Positions 9,727-19,354 of a stretch of DNA of 64,000 nt are shown piece after piece. Location: NCBI GenBank assembly GCA_902470895.1, contig CABRID010000001.1:1141-65140 (forward strand). Direction: 5' to 3'. Source of the DNA: an uncultured Collinsella sp. Its GTDB lineage: Bacteria; Actinomycetota; Coriobacteriia; Coriobacteriales; Coriobacteriaceae. Under the pieces are notes generated by a model, which saw nothing but the letters and a program-made list of their open reading frames with translations, searched no databases and had not been told where the DNA came from. Made by a program: the position numbers and the translations under genes. Numbering within the stretch: position 1 is the first letter of the stretch; every line of letters starts with the position of its first letter.

Positions 9727-10845
9727 CTACAGACGCGAATCTGCTGCGCCGAGAAGTCTCGTCGTCTGGCAGAACTTGTCACACAGACGTTCCGGTTCGC
9801 CCTGGGGAATCTGAGTACGCTCGGTCTCAAAGGAGAGGCCGTACTCGCGTGCCGGAAGGAAATACTCGAAATAGCCGTTGGTGTAACCGCAAACTATTCC
9901 CTCGACCGGGCATTCGCGCTTCATGCGAATACCCAGGTCGCTGCCGAGCTCACTCGGGAACACAAAGAGATGCAGGCCGCCCAAACTGATGACGGCACAC
10001 TTAAGCGTGAGCGAAAAGTCGTCATGGGCAACGGTGTGATAGAACGTCTGAGGCTCGATGCGGTCGAGAACGACCTCGCGATCGAGCTTGATCTGGGAAA
10101 TCGCCTCGGCAAGACCGGTCGAAACGCGCTCGACCTCGGGAATGCCGCGTCCCTGGCGAAAATTGCGGTCGCTACAGTCGCCAGCAGCACCGACGACCAT
10201 GGCCGGATAGTAACCAAGACTCTGAGCGAGCTTTTTGCCGGTAAGACCGGCGAGTTCGCTCGTGAGCTCCGTGCAGTCGGGTCCGACGCAAGCGGAATGC
10301 ACCGCCCAGTTCACAAAGCCCGCAAATGGCTTGCCTTCGGTATCGAAGAACGATACGACAATGACCTCATTGTCGGCGAGTTCACCTGGGATGATGCGGT
10401 TGTCGTAGAAACCGGTGATGACCTGCTTGCCCAAGCGACAAATCGCGGGCTGTGCGTTGGCGCGGCACTCCTCAAAGCATTGGCAAATGGTATCGAGGAA
10501 CCAGCGGTAGTAGTTCTCGTCGAATTTTCCCGTCCACCAGCTGCGGTGGTAAGCGACGATTGAAGTATGGTCGTGCGTCGCCGAGAGCAAAACGCAGTCA
10601 CGGTCGATTCCATAGCGCTCGGCGAGCATTGTCTTGACTTCCTCGGCCATGCTTTCCTCGAACTCGAGGACATCGGCATTAAAAAGAAACACTTCACGTT
10701 CGCCTTGCTGGAAGAGGATGGCGTTGGCGAAGACGTCATCATGGACGCCCGTCGCAGGTTCAAGACGGTTGGGAAGATTGCGGTAGCCAATCAGGTAGAT
10801 GTCGCCCTGTGGGGTAATTTTGCGGCGCGCGTGTCCAATGTTCAT
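9727..10845 (-). CDS. Neutral/alkaline ceramidase-like amidase
   Basis: GHARRKITP, GVHDD, SATHDHT, NWAVH, GAAGD motifs. Confidence 0.75.
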   Translation of the reverse strand: MNIGHARRKITPQGDIYLIGYRNLPNRLEPATGVHDDVFANAILFQQGEREVFLFNADVLEFEESMAEEVKTMLAERYGIDRDCVLLSATHDHTSIVAYHRSWWTGKFDENYYRWFLDTICQCFEECRANAQPAICRLGKQVITGFYDNRIIPGELADNEVIVVSFFDTEGKPFAGFVNWAVHSACVGPDCTELTSELAGLTGKKLAQSLGYYPAMVVGAAGDCSDRNFRQGRGIPEVERVSTGLAEAISQIKLDREVVLDRIEPQTFYHTVAHDDFSLTLKCAVISLGGLHLFVFPSELGSDLGIRMKRECPVEGIVCGYTNGYFEYFLPAREYGLSFETERTQIPQGEPERLCDKFCQTTRLLGAADSRL

Positions 10846-10863
10846 GCACGTTCTCCTTCTGTG

Positions 10864-12111
10864 TCACGCCGCATTCAAGGCGGCAATGATGATTTCGACG
10901 AGGCGCTCATGGGATCCGGCGGCAAAACCTGAGTTCATAGCCTCATAGGTGATTTTTTCGTACGCGTCGGGAGCCGGTAGGTACTTCTGTCCGCCGTTGA
11001 CGAGCGTGGCAAAGAACACAGAGCCGGACCGGGCGGCGCGCACAGTGGCGCCGAATGCACTCGAGACCTCGGGTTGTACGCCGACAAGCTCGACGTTTCC
11101 CAGCCGGAGCAGATAGACCCTCGTGCGCTGCTCGCCAGCGGCATGAAACTCATACGTTCGGTGCGGAGCCAAAGAGTGAAAATCGGCGCGTGTCTGAGCG
11201 GGCAGGAGAACGTCGACCGTGCGGGCATCGATGCCGGTAGCGTCATCCTCACGCGCCATGCGAGCGGCTTCGATCAAAGCATTGCCCAAGGCCTGCCCCT
11301 GCTGGTGCAGCATGCGGTATCCGTCCTCATGGGCATCGACCGTCTGCTTAACGCCGGCCGCATCGAACATGACGTTCATGGCGCGCTCCGCCGGACCTTG
11401 GTCGCCCGCGGCGCCTGGCAGCAACAGGGCAACGCCGCCCAGCTCGCGCTCGAGTGACATGGCGGCAAAACCAAAGAGGTCTCCGCTCGCCATGCGCCTC
11501 CCCTCGGAGTCGCGCGACCCGTCGAGCACGGAGGACTGAACGTCCGCCGTCGCGAGCACGGCAACATACTCGCCCCCGGCATCCCTTATGGCGAGTACGG
11601 GCATCGTGTGGTCGGCAAACCCCCTGGGATTCGAGCCCAACCACCAGCCGGCAGGCGTCTCAATGTCGCGATTAACGTTCACGGGGCATTCGCCCTCCAC
11701 AGTGGCGAGCGTGGCAGAGTGAATGCCCGCAACAGCGCGCTCGACAGCCGTGCGGGCGGCAGCGACGAGCGCTGCGCGATAGCGCTCGTTGCAATTGCGG
11801 GTAGCATCGTCGGCAAGATGCCCGGAAGTGCGGACGTGAGGCATGGAAAACGTGTGGGTAGGAACCACCCAAGAATAAGCACCGCTGCAATTGGCGGCAT
11901 CCTCAACAACCTCACGCAGATCGGCGAGTAGAGCCGGAGCGATCGAGGTGACCTCAAGCGAAAGGACGCAGGCGCGTCGCCCCGTCCCCTCGATGATAAG
12001 GGCACGGGCGAAGACCTCATGACGGAGTTCGTCGAAACCGTCGAACGGCAACACGTCCCCAAGATCGATGGCCACACGAGCGGCCCCAGCCCTCATCTCT
12101 CCTTCGCCCAT
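10864..12111 (-). CDS. Ceramidase-like amidase (second, divergent paralog)
   Basis: AGAARVAI, ARALII, THTFSMPH, GAAGDQ, YLP...YEA motifs. Confidence 0.65.
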   Translation of the reverse strand: MGEGEMRAGAARVAIDLGDVLPFDGFDELRHEVFARALIIEGTGRRACVLSLEVTSIAPALLADLREVVEDAANCSGAYSWVVPTHTFSMPHVRTSGHLADDATRNCNERYRAALVAAARTAVERAVAGIHSATLATVEGECPVNVNRDIETPAGWWLGSNPRGFADHTMPVLAIRDAGGEYVAVLATADVQSSVLDGSRDSEGRRMASGDLFGFAAMSLERELGGVALLLPGAAGDQGPAERAMNVMFDAAGVKQTVDAHEDGYRMLHQQGQALGNALIEAARMAREDDATGIDARTVDVLLPAQTRADFHSLAPHRTYEFHAAGEQRTRVYLLRLGNVELVGVQPEVSSAFGATVRAARSGSVFFATLVNGGQKYLPAPDAYEKITYEAMNSGFAAGSHERLVEIIIAALNAA

Positions 12112-12137
12112 GGCAGATACTCCCCTCTGATTGCCGC

Positions 12138-13172
12138 TCACTCGACACCGTACAGTTGCTGCGCCGTACCGCCAAGCACAAGGTCGCTGTCTGTATCGCT
12201 CAGATTTGCAGCGCGAACGCAGGCGACACCCTCGGTGAGCCACTCGCGTTTGACGGGATAGCTCGTGCCAAAAACAATATGGTCTGCACCCAGCACGTCA
12301 ACCGCGCAGGCGAGGAGTGTCTTGCCCCAAGGCTGGGCATGGGACATGTCGAAATAGATGTTGTTCTCGAGGTGCCTAGAAACGGTCTCGGTATCGACCT
12401 GAAAACGGCCAGAAGCATCAGGGCGCTTGGGACCATGAGGCAGCAGCATCTCCTTGAACGCAAAGTATGCGCCGCCGAGCATGGAGTGGACCATCTTGAT
12501 ATTGGGATAGCGCTCAAAGAAATCACCAAAGATCTCTCGGCCGATCGCCGTAGTTTGGTCGACGCAGCGGCCATAAGAGCGGCGAAGGTTGTCGTACGCG
12601 AGAAGCGACTCGTTCTCGACCGGCACGGGAACATGGTGCACGTAAACGGTGACATGGCGTTCGTTCAGGTGCTCGAAAAAGCTCGAGAAGACCTGGTCGT
12701 CGAGATAGCGCTTGCCGTAGTGAGCGCAGAGCTGCACGCCCGCAAAACCATCGTCGAGCCTGCGGTCGAGCTCCTCCAAATTCGCTTTGGTGCCAAAGGG
12801 CGGCACGGCGACAAGCGGAATCAGACGGCCATTTGACGCCTTCGCGTCAGCAGCCATACCGTCGTTGAAACGCCGGCACATCTCGAGCGACATCCACTCG
12901 TGGCAGCCGGGGAGCTTGAGGATCGCCTTGTCGACCCCCGCCTCATCCATATCGGCCAAGCGCTTCTCGAGGGTGTAGTCGCCCTCAATGTAGTTAAGAC
13001 CCGGAGAACCGGCGGGCATCTCGATCACGATCTGTCGTTTGCCGGCGGAATTCATGGTCAGATAGCCTTCGGTGTCATAGGCGCGGGGTACCTCGGCCAA
13101 AAACTGTTCGCAGAGCGTCTCGTCATGAAAGATGTGCTCGTCGAACCAGTAGGAATTTGCATCGATAATCAT
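12138..13172 (-). CDS. Amidohydrolase_2 family protein (ACMSD/decarboxylase-like)
   Basis: RLADMDEAGVD, YVHH, HSMLGG, FGTSYP; N-terminal IIDANSY lacks the usual HxH. Confidence 0.8.
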   Translation of the reverse strand: MIIDANSYWFDEHIFHDETLCEQFLAEVPRAYDTEGYLTMNSAGKRQIVIEMPAGSPGLNYIEGDYTLEKRLADMDEAGVDKAILKLPGCHEWMSLEMCRRFNDGMAADAKASNGRLIPLVAVPPFGTKANLEELDRRLDDGFAGVQLCAHYGKRYLDDQVFSSFFEHLNERHVTVYVHHVPVPVENESLLAYDNLRRSYGRCVDQTTAIGREIFGDFFERYPNIKMVHSMLGGAYFAFKEMLLPHGPKRPDASGRFQVDTETVSRHLENNIYFDMSHAQPWGKTLLACAVDVLGADHIVFGTSYPVKREWLTEGVACVRAANLSDTDSDLVLGGTAQQLYGVE

Positions 13173-13253
13173 TGGTTGGAACCGCCTTTCATCTTGTTGA
13201 AAACATTCTAGAAAAGCAGGTACCCGGACATCAATTCCAGCTTAAGCCCACTG

Positions 13254-13270
13254 TATTCCATTTTGGAATA
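13254..13270. promoter_or_regulatory. Candidate LysR T-N11-A operator upstream of the amidohydrolase operon
   Basis: Palindrome TATTCCATTTTGGAATA about 80 bp upstream of the start codon. Confidence 0.55.
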
Positions 13271-13340
13271 GAACTTACCGCTCACACGCGAACCTCGCCC
13301 GCTCAACGAGACAAGCGCTAACAGCACGGGCTTAGACAGA

Positions 13341-13377
13341 AAACGGTCGGCCCGCATCCGTTGCGGGCCGACCGTTT
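13341..13377. terminator. Terminator hairpin downstream of the aminotransferase
   Basis: aaacggtcggcccgca / tgcgggccgaccgttt 16-bp stem. Confidence 0.75.
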
Positions 13378-13398
13378 CATTACAGGCTACCTTTGCCG

Positions 13399-14919
13399 TT
13401 ACGCCTGGCGGTAATGGTCAAAGAAGTCGGCGAGGTCTTCGAGGGACTCTTTGAGTACTTCCATGCGTGGCAGGTACACGATGCGGAAGTGATCGGGCTC
13501 GGCCCAGTTAAAGCCGCCGCCGCGCGTGATCAGAATCTTCTTCTCGTGCAGCAGGTCGAGGGCAAACTGCTCGTCATCGGTGATGTTGAACTTTTTAACA
13601 TCCATCTTGGGGAAGATGTAGAACGCCGCACGCGGCTTAACCACCGAGATGCCGTCAATCTTGTTGAGCGCCTCATACACAAAGTTGCGCTGCTCGTAGA
13701 CACGGCCGCCGGGACGGATGTAGTCGTTAACGGACTGATGGCCGCCGAGCGCCGTCTGGACGATCGACTGAGCCGGCACGTTGGAGCACAGGCGCATGTT
13801 GGAGAGCATGTTGATGCCCATGATGAAGTCGCTCATGCAGCGCTGGTTGCCCGAAAGCACCATCCAGCCAATGCGATAGCCCGCGATCATGTGCGACTTG
13901 GACAGACCGCTAAAGGTGACACAGGGCAGATCGGGGGCGAGCGAGGCAATCGAGACGTGCTCGTAGCCGTCCATGCACAGGCGGTCGTAGATCTCATCGG
14001 CAAAGATCATCAGCTGATGCCTGCGTGCAATCTCGACGATGCCCTCGAGCACCTCGCGCGGATAGACAGAGCCCGTGGGGTTGTTGGGGTTGATGATGAC
14101 GAGGGCTTTGGTCGCGCTCGTAATCTTGGACTCCATATCCTCCAGGTCGGGATACCAATCCGCCTGCTCATCGCACAGATAATGTACGGGATGACCGCCA
14201 GCAAGGGTAGCGCACGCCGTCCAGAGCGGATAGTCGGGGCTGGGGATCAGAATCTCGTCGCCATTGTCGAGCAGCGCGTTCATCGAAAGCTGAATGAGCT
14301 CGGACACGCCGTTGCCCGTGTAGATATGCTCCATCTGAACGTTGGGCAGGCCTTTGATCTGCGAATACTGCATGATCGCCTTGCGCGCGGAGAACAGGCC
14401 ACGCGAGTTGGAATAGCCTTCGCAGTCGGGCAGCTGCTGGCGCATGTCCTTGATGACCTCATCGGGCGTGCGGAAACCGAAGGGCGCCGGGTTGCCGATA
14501 TTGAGCTTGAGGATGCGCTCGCCCTCGTCCTCCATACGGGCGGCCTCGTCGACGACGGGACCGCGCACGTCATACAGGACGTTATCGAGCTTGGTGGATT
14601 TAGAAAAAGTACGCATGGTGGTGCTCCTTGCAATTTGAGCTGAGGGATGGGGTTCGGGTTTGGAATCGTTGCGGGGTGATGATGCCTCGCCTTGATCGGC
14701 GTCGCCGGCAAGCAGCCAGGTAACATCGACCTCCAAAATACGGGCGAGCAGCTCAGCCACATCGCGCCGCGGGATCGTCTTGCCGCTCACATATTGGCTC
14801 ATCTGACTCTTGCCGAGTTTTTTGCCGAGCATCTCCGATGCGCGGATCACGTCCGACTGGCGAACGTCGCGATCGGACATAGCCTGTCGCAGGCGATCGC
14901 TAAACGTCTCTTGGGCCAC
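13399..14919 (-). CDS. alaA: XRE-HTH fused to AlaA/AlaT-type class I aminotransferase
   Basis: N-terminal HTH (FSDRLRQAM...SQYVSGKTIP), linker, then YDVRGPV, LNIGNP, NPNNPTG, ADEIY, LSKSH; GTG start after AGGAGG. Confidence 0.85.
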   Translation of the reverse strand: MAQETFSDRLRQAMSDRDVRQSDVIRASEMLGKKLGKSQMSQYVSGKTIPRRDVAELLARILEVDVTWLLAGDADQGEASSPRNDSKPEPHPSAQIARSTTMRTFSKSTKLDNVLYDVRGPVVDEAARMEDEGERILKLNIGNPAPFGFRTPDEVIKDMRQQLPDCEGYSNSRGLFSARKAIMQYSQIKGLPNVQMEHIYTGNGVSELIQLSMNALLDNGDEILIPSPDYPLWTACATLAGGHPVHYLCDEQADWYPDLEDMESKITSATKALVIINPNNPTGSVYPREVLEGIVEIARRHQLMIFADEIYDRLCMDGYEHVSIASLAPDLPCVTFSGLSKSHMIAGYRIGWMVLSGNQRCMSDFIMGINMLSNMRLCSNVPAQSIVQTALGGHQSVNDYIRPGGRVYEQRNFVYEALNKIDGISVVKPRAAFYIFPKMDVKKFNITDDEQFALDLLHEKKILITRGGGFNWAEPDHFRIVYLPRMEVLKESLEDLADFFDHYRQA

Positions 14920-14959
14920 TAGAACCTCCTTGCTGGCAAAGTTCAATTTATAGAACACG

Positions 14960-14979
14960 AATTGAACCATGGTTCAATT
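14960..14979. promoter_or_regulatory. Perfect 20-bp palindromic operator candidate
   Basis: AATTGAACCATGGTTCAATT; extra AAGTTCAATTT half-sites at 14939 and 15012. Confidence 0.65.
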
Positions 14980-15081
14980 TAGCAAGCAGTATAACGCCGT
15001 ACCTCATTCGGAAGTTCAATTTCATAAGAAAACGTACCGAACTCCGAGATTTGCCCAAAGCGGACAATGACATGCACGCGT

Positions 15082-15939
15082 TTAGAGGTATTCAAGGAAT
15101 CGAGCAGTGGCAAGCGAAACGTCGGCCGTTCGATATATGGCGTTGATCTGCCGATGAGGATGTCCCTCGAGTGGGCGCACGGCAACATCGAACTGACAGC
15201 GGCGCAAGATGAGCGCGGGAAGAATGCTCACGCCCAGGCCGTCCTCAACCATGGCCATAATCGCATAGTCATCCCAGGTCGACAGCTTGGAGCGCACCGT
15301 CAGCCCCGCCCGACGGAACAGCGGCGTAATCTCGTCATCGGTACCTCGTTCTAGCAGAATAAACTGCTCGTTGGCCAAATCGGCAAGAGAGACGACCCCC
15401 GCCGTGGCAAGCAAAGAGTCTGCCGGCACTACTGCCATCAACTCGTCGCGCACCAAAGACCGCGATGCCATGCCGTTTTCTCGGGGCTCACGCGGGATAA
15501 AGCCCAGGTCGCAGCGGCCTTCCGCCACCCATTGCTCAATCTCGGAGTAATCACCCATCAGCAGCTCGTAATCGACATCCGGATGATCGGCGCGAAAGCG
15601 CGCAATCACCGGCGGCAGCACGTGGGTCGCCACGCTCGAAAACGTACCGATGCAGATTTTGCCGCGCATGAGCCCGCGCATCTCATCCACGCGTCGCTGC
15701 AGGCGGCCAAACTCCTCGCATAACGCCTCAACCGCAGGCATAACTTGCCGTCCATCGGCAGAAAGTACTACGCCCTCGCGACTGCGGTCGAGCACCTTAA
15801 AGCCCCAGTCGGCCTCGAGATCGGCCACCATGCGGCTCACGCCCGACTGCGAATAGCTCAGGCGCTCGGCGGCGCGCGTAAAACTGCCGGCGCGCACGGT
15901 CTCGAGCAGCACCTGCATCTTTTGAATATTCGTTTCCAC
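15082..15939 (-). CDS. LysR-family regulator
   Basis: GSFTRAAERLSYSQSGVSR HTH; divergent from the EamA gene. Confidence 0.93.
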   Translation of the reverse strand: METNIQKMQVLLETVRAGSFTRAAERLSYSQSGVSRMVADLEADWGFKVLDRSREGVVLSADGRQVMPAVEALCEEFGRLQRRVDEMRGLMRGKICIGTFSSVATHVLPPVIARFRADHPDVDYELLMGDYSEIEQWVAEGRCDLGFIPREPRENGMASRSLVRDELMAVVPADSLLATAGVVSLADLANEQFILLERGTDDEITPLFRRAGLTVRSKLSTWDDYAIMAMVEDGLGVSILPALILRRCQFDVAVRPLEGHPHRQINAIYRTADVSLATARFLEYL

Positions 15940-16057
15940 GGCACCCCTCCACCTTTGCATGAGTTTTTGTCATGTTAGCCATGCATTATATTCGCTTTTC
16001 TTCTATTGCCAGTTCGCCCATAGTGAACATGCTCGAATATAGAGGGGACGGAAGCGC

Positions 16058-16969
16058 ATGGACAACGGACTGTTTACGTACTTAGCAGCATTGCTATTGT
16101 TTGGCTCCAACGGCATCATCGCCGCTGCCATCGCGCTGCCGAGCTCCGATATCGTGCTACTGCGCACGTTTTTGGGCGCCCTCTCGCTTGTCACTATCCT
16201 TGCCATCACCCAACGCCATAAACTGCAGGCGCCATCTCGTCCCCGCGAAGCCGCAGCACTCCTTCTGTCGGGAGCCGCGCTGGGTGCCAGCTGGATTTTT
16301 CTGTTCCGTGCCTACCAGACGATCGGCGTCGGCGTATCCTCGCTGCTGTACTACTGTGGCCCCATCATTGTCATGGCGCTCTCCCCACTCATCTTTGGTG
16401 AAAAACTGACCGGCGGCAAAATCGCCGGGTTTATCGCCGTCGTCTGCGGTGCTTTTCTCATTGCAGCACAAGGTCTAGGCGGCAATATGCCCATTGCGGG
16501 TATCGTCTGCGGTATCGCCTCGGCATTTTGCTATGCGCTGATGGTCATCGCTAGCAAGGGTGCGCCACACATCGAAGGCCTCGAGAACTCCACGCTCCAG
16601 GTGAGCGCCGCCTTTGTGACCGCGCTGGTCCTCACGCTCATCACGCAGGGCGCTCCCTCATTCCTGTCCGCCGGCGTCGCCGCCAGTATTGATTGGCGCG
16701 CCGTCGTCATGCTCGGCGTCGTCAACACCGGCATCGGTTGCCTGCTCTACTTTAGTGCCGTCGCCAAGCTGCCCGTCCAGACCGTCGCGGTCGTCGGCTA
16801 CCTCGAGCCGCTTTCGGCCGTCGTGTTCTCGGCCGTCCTTTTGGGCGAAGCCATAACACCGGTCCGCCTGATGGGCGCCGCGCTTATCATCGGCGGCGCG
16901 ATTTTTTGCGAACTCGCCGGCAAACGCGCAAACGCCAAGGCTGGCATCGCCCAGACAGTACGTGCTTAA
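16058..16969 (+). CDS. DMT/EamA family transporter
   Basis: Ten hydrophobic segments, two EamA repeats, YLEPLSA. Confidence 0.9.
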   Translation: MDNGLFTYLAALLLFGSNGIIAAAIALPSSDIVLLRTFLGALSLVTILAITQRHKLQAPSRPREAAALLLSGAALGASWIFLFRAYQTIGVGVSSLLYYCGPIIVMALSPLIFGEKLTGGKIAGFIAVVCGAFLIAAQGLGGNMPIAGIVCGIASAFCYALMVIASKGAPHIEGLENSTLQVSAAFVTALVLTLITQGAPSFLSAGVAASIDWRAVVMLGVVNTGIGCLLYFSAVAKLPVQTVAVVGYLEPLSAVVFSAVLLGEAITPVRLMGAALIIGGAIFCELAGKRANAKAGIAQTVRA

Positions 16970-17127
16970 AAGCCCCTGCTTTGAAATGCTACCTGCGTAG
17001 ATAAATAATCCCCAGCTGAGGATTATTGTCTAAAATAACCTGATGTGCCAAACTGCTCTTGTATGTATAAAGACGGCATAAAGATTATCTGTCCTAAACA
17101 GATAACCGGATGTCTAAGGGAGTCCAC

Positions 17128-19275
17128 GTGGCACACAACAAACTGGAGGCAAGCCCCCAAGACCAGCGTGGTCAAGGCGGGCACGGAGCCATCCCCCTCT
17201 CCGCTGGCATGCTGCTTGTAACGCTCGGCGTCGTCTATGGCGACATCGGCACGAGCCCCATGTACACCATGAAATCAATCGTCGCCAACAACGGCGGCAT
17301 CGGTACCGTCAGCGAGGACATGATCCTGGGCGCGCTTTCGCTCGTCATCTGGACCATGACACTCGTGACCACGGTCAAGTACGTGGTAATCGCCATGAAG
17401 GCCGACAACCACAACGAAGGCGGCATCTTCGCCCTGTTTAGCCTGGTGCGAAAAGTGGCACCATGGCTGATCCTACCTGCCATGATCGGCGGCGCGGCGC
17501 TGCTTGGCGACGGCCAGACCAACGTCATCATCATCACCATCATCATTATCTGCGGCCTATTTGCCATGCAGCGCGCCGGTACCTCGTCGATCGGCAAGCT
17601 GTTCGGCCCGCTCATGACGTTGTGGTTCCTGTTCCTGGCAGGCGCCGGCCTGTTCAACATGCTCGGCAACCTGTCCATCCTGCGCGCGCTCAACCCCATC
17701 CGCGGCATCATGTTCCTGTTCTCGCCCATCAACCACTCGGGCATCATGGTGCTCGGCTTTGTCTTCCTGTCGACGACCGGCGCCGAGGCCCTCTACTCGG
17801 ACATGGGCCACGTTGGCAAGGCCAACATCTATGCATCCTGGCCGTTTGTTAAGGCGGCCCTTATCCTCAACTATCTGGGTCAGGGAGCTTGGCTGCTCGC
17901 CAATAACTCCAACCCCCAGATGCTCGCGATGGATATCGTCAACCCGTTTTATATGATGCTTCCCGAACCCCTGCGCCCCTTTGCCATCGTGCTTTCGGCC
18001 GTAGCGGCCATCATCGCCTCGCAGGCGCTCATCACCGGCTCGTTCTCGCTGGTATCCGAGGCCACGCGCCTCAACCTTATGCCGCATCTGCGCATCCACT
18101 ACCCCAGCGACACCAAGGGCCAGCTCTATATTCCGCTCGTCAACAACATCATGTGGGTCGGCTGCATCTTCATCGTGCTGCTGTTCCAAAACTCCGAGCG
18201 CATGGAGAGCGCCTACGGCCTCGCCATTACCGTGACCATGCTCATGACCACGACGCTTTTGACGAGCTATATCGCTGGCATTCTCAAGCACAAGCTGGGC
18301 GCCTGCGTCTTCGCCCTGCTCTTCGGTGCCATTGAGCTGTGCTTCTTTGCCTCGTGCCTCACCATGTTCTTTGACGGCGGCTATGTGATGATCTTCCTGG
18401 CCGCACTGCTGTTTGGCCTTATGTACGTGTGGCGCCGTGGCACCGCCATCGAGCGCACGCAGACGATTCTGTTGCCCGTCTCCAAGTACATCGATCAGCT
18501 CAACCGCCTGCGCAACGACGAGACCTATCCCGTGCTCGCCGACAATCTGGTATTTCTCACCAACAGCCCCGACCCGCTCACGCTCGACCGCGACGTGCTC
18601 TATTCCATCCTGGATAAGCATCCCAAGCGCGCCAAGGCATATTGGTTCATTAACGTGCACGTTACCGACGAACCCTATACGCACGAGTATTCCGTCGAGA
18701 CCTTTGGCACGGACTTCCTCTTCCGCGTTCGCCTGGACCTGGGCTTTAAAGTCAACCAGCGCGTCAACGCTTATCTGCGTCAGATCGTCGGCGACTTGAT
18801 GGCATCGGGCGAGCTGCCGCCGCAACATCACACCTACTCCATCTACGAGACACGCGGCAACGTGGGTGACTTCCGCTTTTGCATGCTGCGCAAGATGCTT
18901 GCCCCCGAAACGGACATCAACCGCAATGACCACCGCGTGATGGCCATCAAGTACGCCGTCCGCCGCGCCTGCGGAAGCCCGGCACGCTGGTACGGTCTCG
19001 AGAACTCGGCCATCATCATCGAGTACGTGCCGCTGTTTGCCCGCATGCGCCCGGCCGTTAAGCTCGTGCGCACCCAGGTGCCGCTCGAGGTTCAGATCGA
19101 AGAGGCCGAGGAAACGGAAGTCGACATCTTCTCGGACGACTTGGTCAACGGCAACGAAGCCGGTAAGGACATGAACGTCGATCCCACCGAGTTGCTCGAG
19201 AGCGTCGCCGATACGCCCGAACAGCAACAGCTCGACGGCCTCGAGAACGAACAACTCAACGACGCCAACTTCTAG
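17128..19275 (+). CDS. kup: KUP/HAK/KT potassium transporter, with apparent in-frame internal deletion
   Basis: GVVYGDIGTSPMY, ADNHNEGG, TGAEALYSDMGH, AYGLAIT; the DGxLTPA...EGL segment is absent. Confidence 0.9.
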   Translation: MAHNKLEASPQDQRGQGGHGAIPLSAGMLLVTLGVVYGDIGTSPMYTMKSIVANNGGIGTVSEDMILGALSLVIWTMTLVTTVKYVVIAMKADNHNEGGIFALFSLVRKVAPWLILPAMIGGAALLGDGQTNVIIITIIIICGLFAMQRAGTSSIGKLFGPLMTLWFLFLAGAGLFNMLGNLSILRALNPIRGIMFLFSPINHSGIMVLGFVFLSTTGAEALYSDMGHVGKANIYASWPFVKAALILNYLGQGAWLLANNSNPQMLAMDIVNPFYMMLPEPLRPFAIVLSAVAAIIASQALITGSFSLVSEATRLNLMPHLRIHYPSDTKGQLYIPLVNNIMWVGCIFIVLLFQNSERMESAYGLAITVTMLMTTTLLTSYIAGILKHKLGACVFALLFGAIELCFFASCLTMFFDGGYVMIFLAALLFGLMYVWRRGTAIERTQTILLPVSKYIDQLNRLRNDETYPVLADNLVFLTNSPDPLTLDRDVLYSILDKHPKRAKAYWFINVHVTDEPYTHEYSVETFGTDFLFRVRLDLGFKVNQRVNAYLRQIVGDLMASGELPPQHHTYSIYETRGNVGDFRFCMLRKMLAPETDINRNDHRVMAIKYAVRRACGSPARWYGLENSAIIIEYVPLFARMRPAVKLVRTQVPLEVQIEEAEETEVDIFSDDLVNGNEAGKDMNVDPTELLESVADTPEQQQLDGLENEQLNDANF

Positions 19276-19354
19276 CGACGTCACAAATCAACGACAGCGG
19301 CCCTGCACCTCACGGGAGATGCAGGGCCGCTTTGCATTGCGGTAAAGCTATCGG

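Noticed and set aside
16970..17127. c-di-AMP (ydaO) riboswitch before kup
   Set aside because: Leader is short and lacks the consensus; only a small ataatcc/ggattat hairpin is present.
17520..17550. Poly-His run in ORF 17463-17852
   Set aside because: Off-frame reading of Ile/Thr codons in kup.
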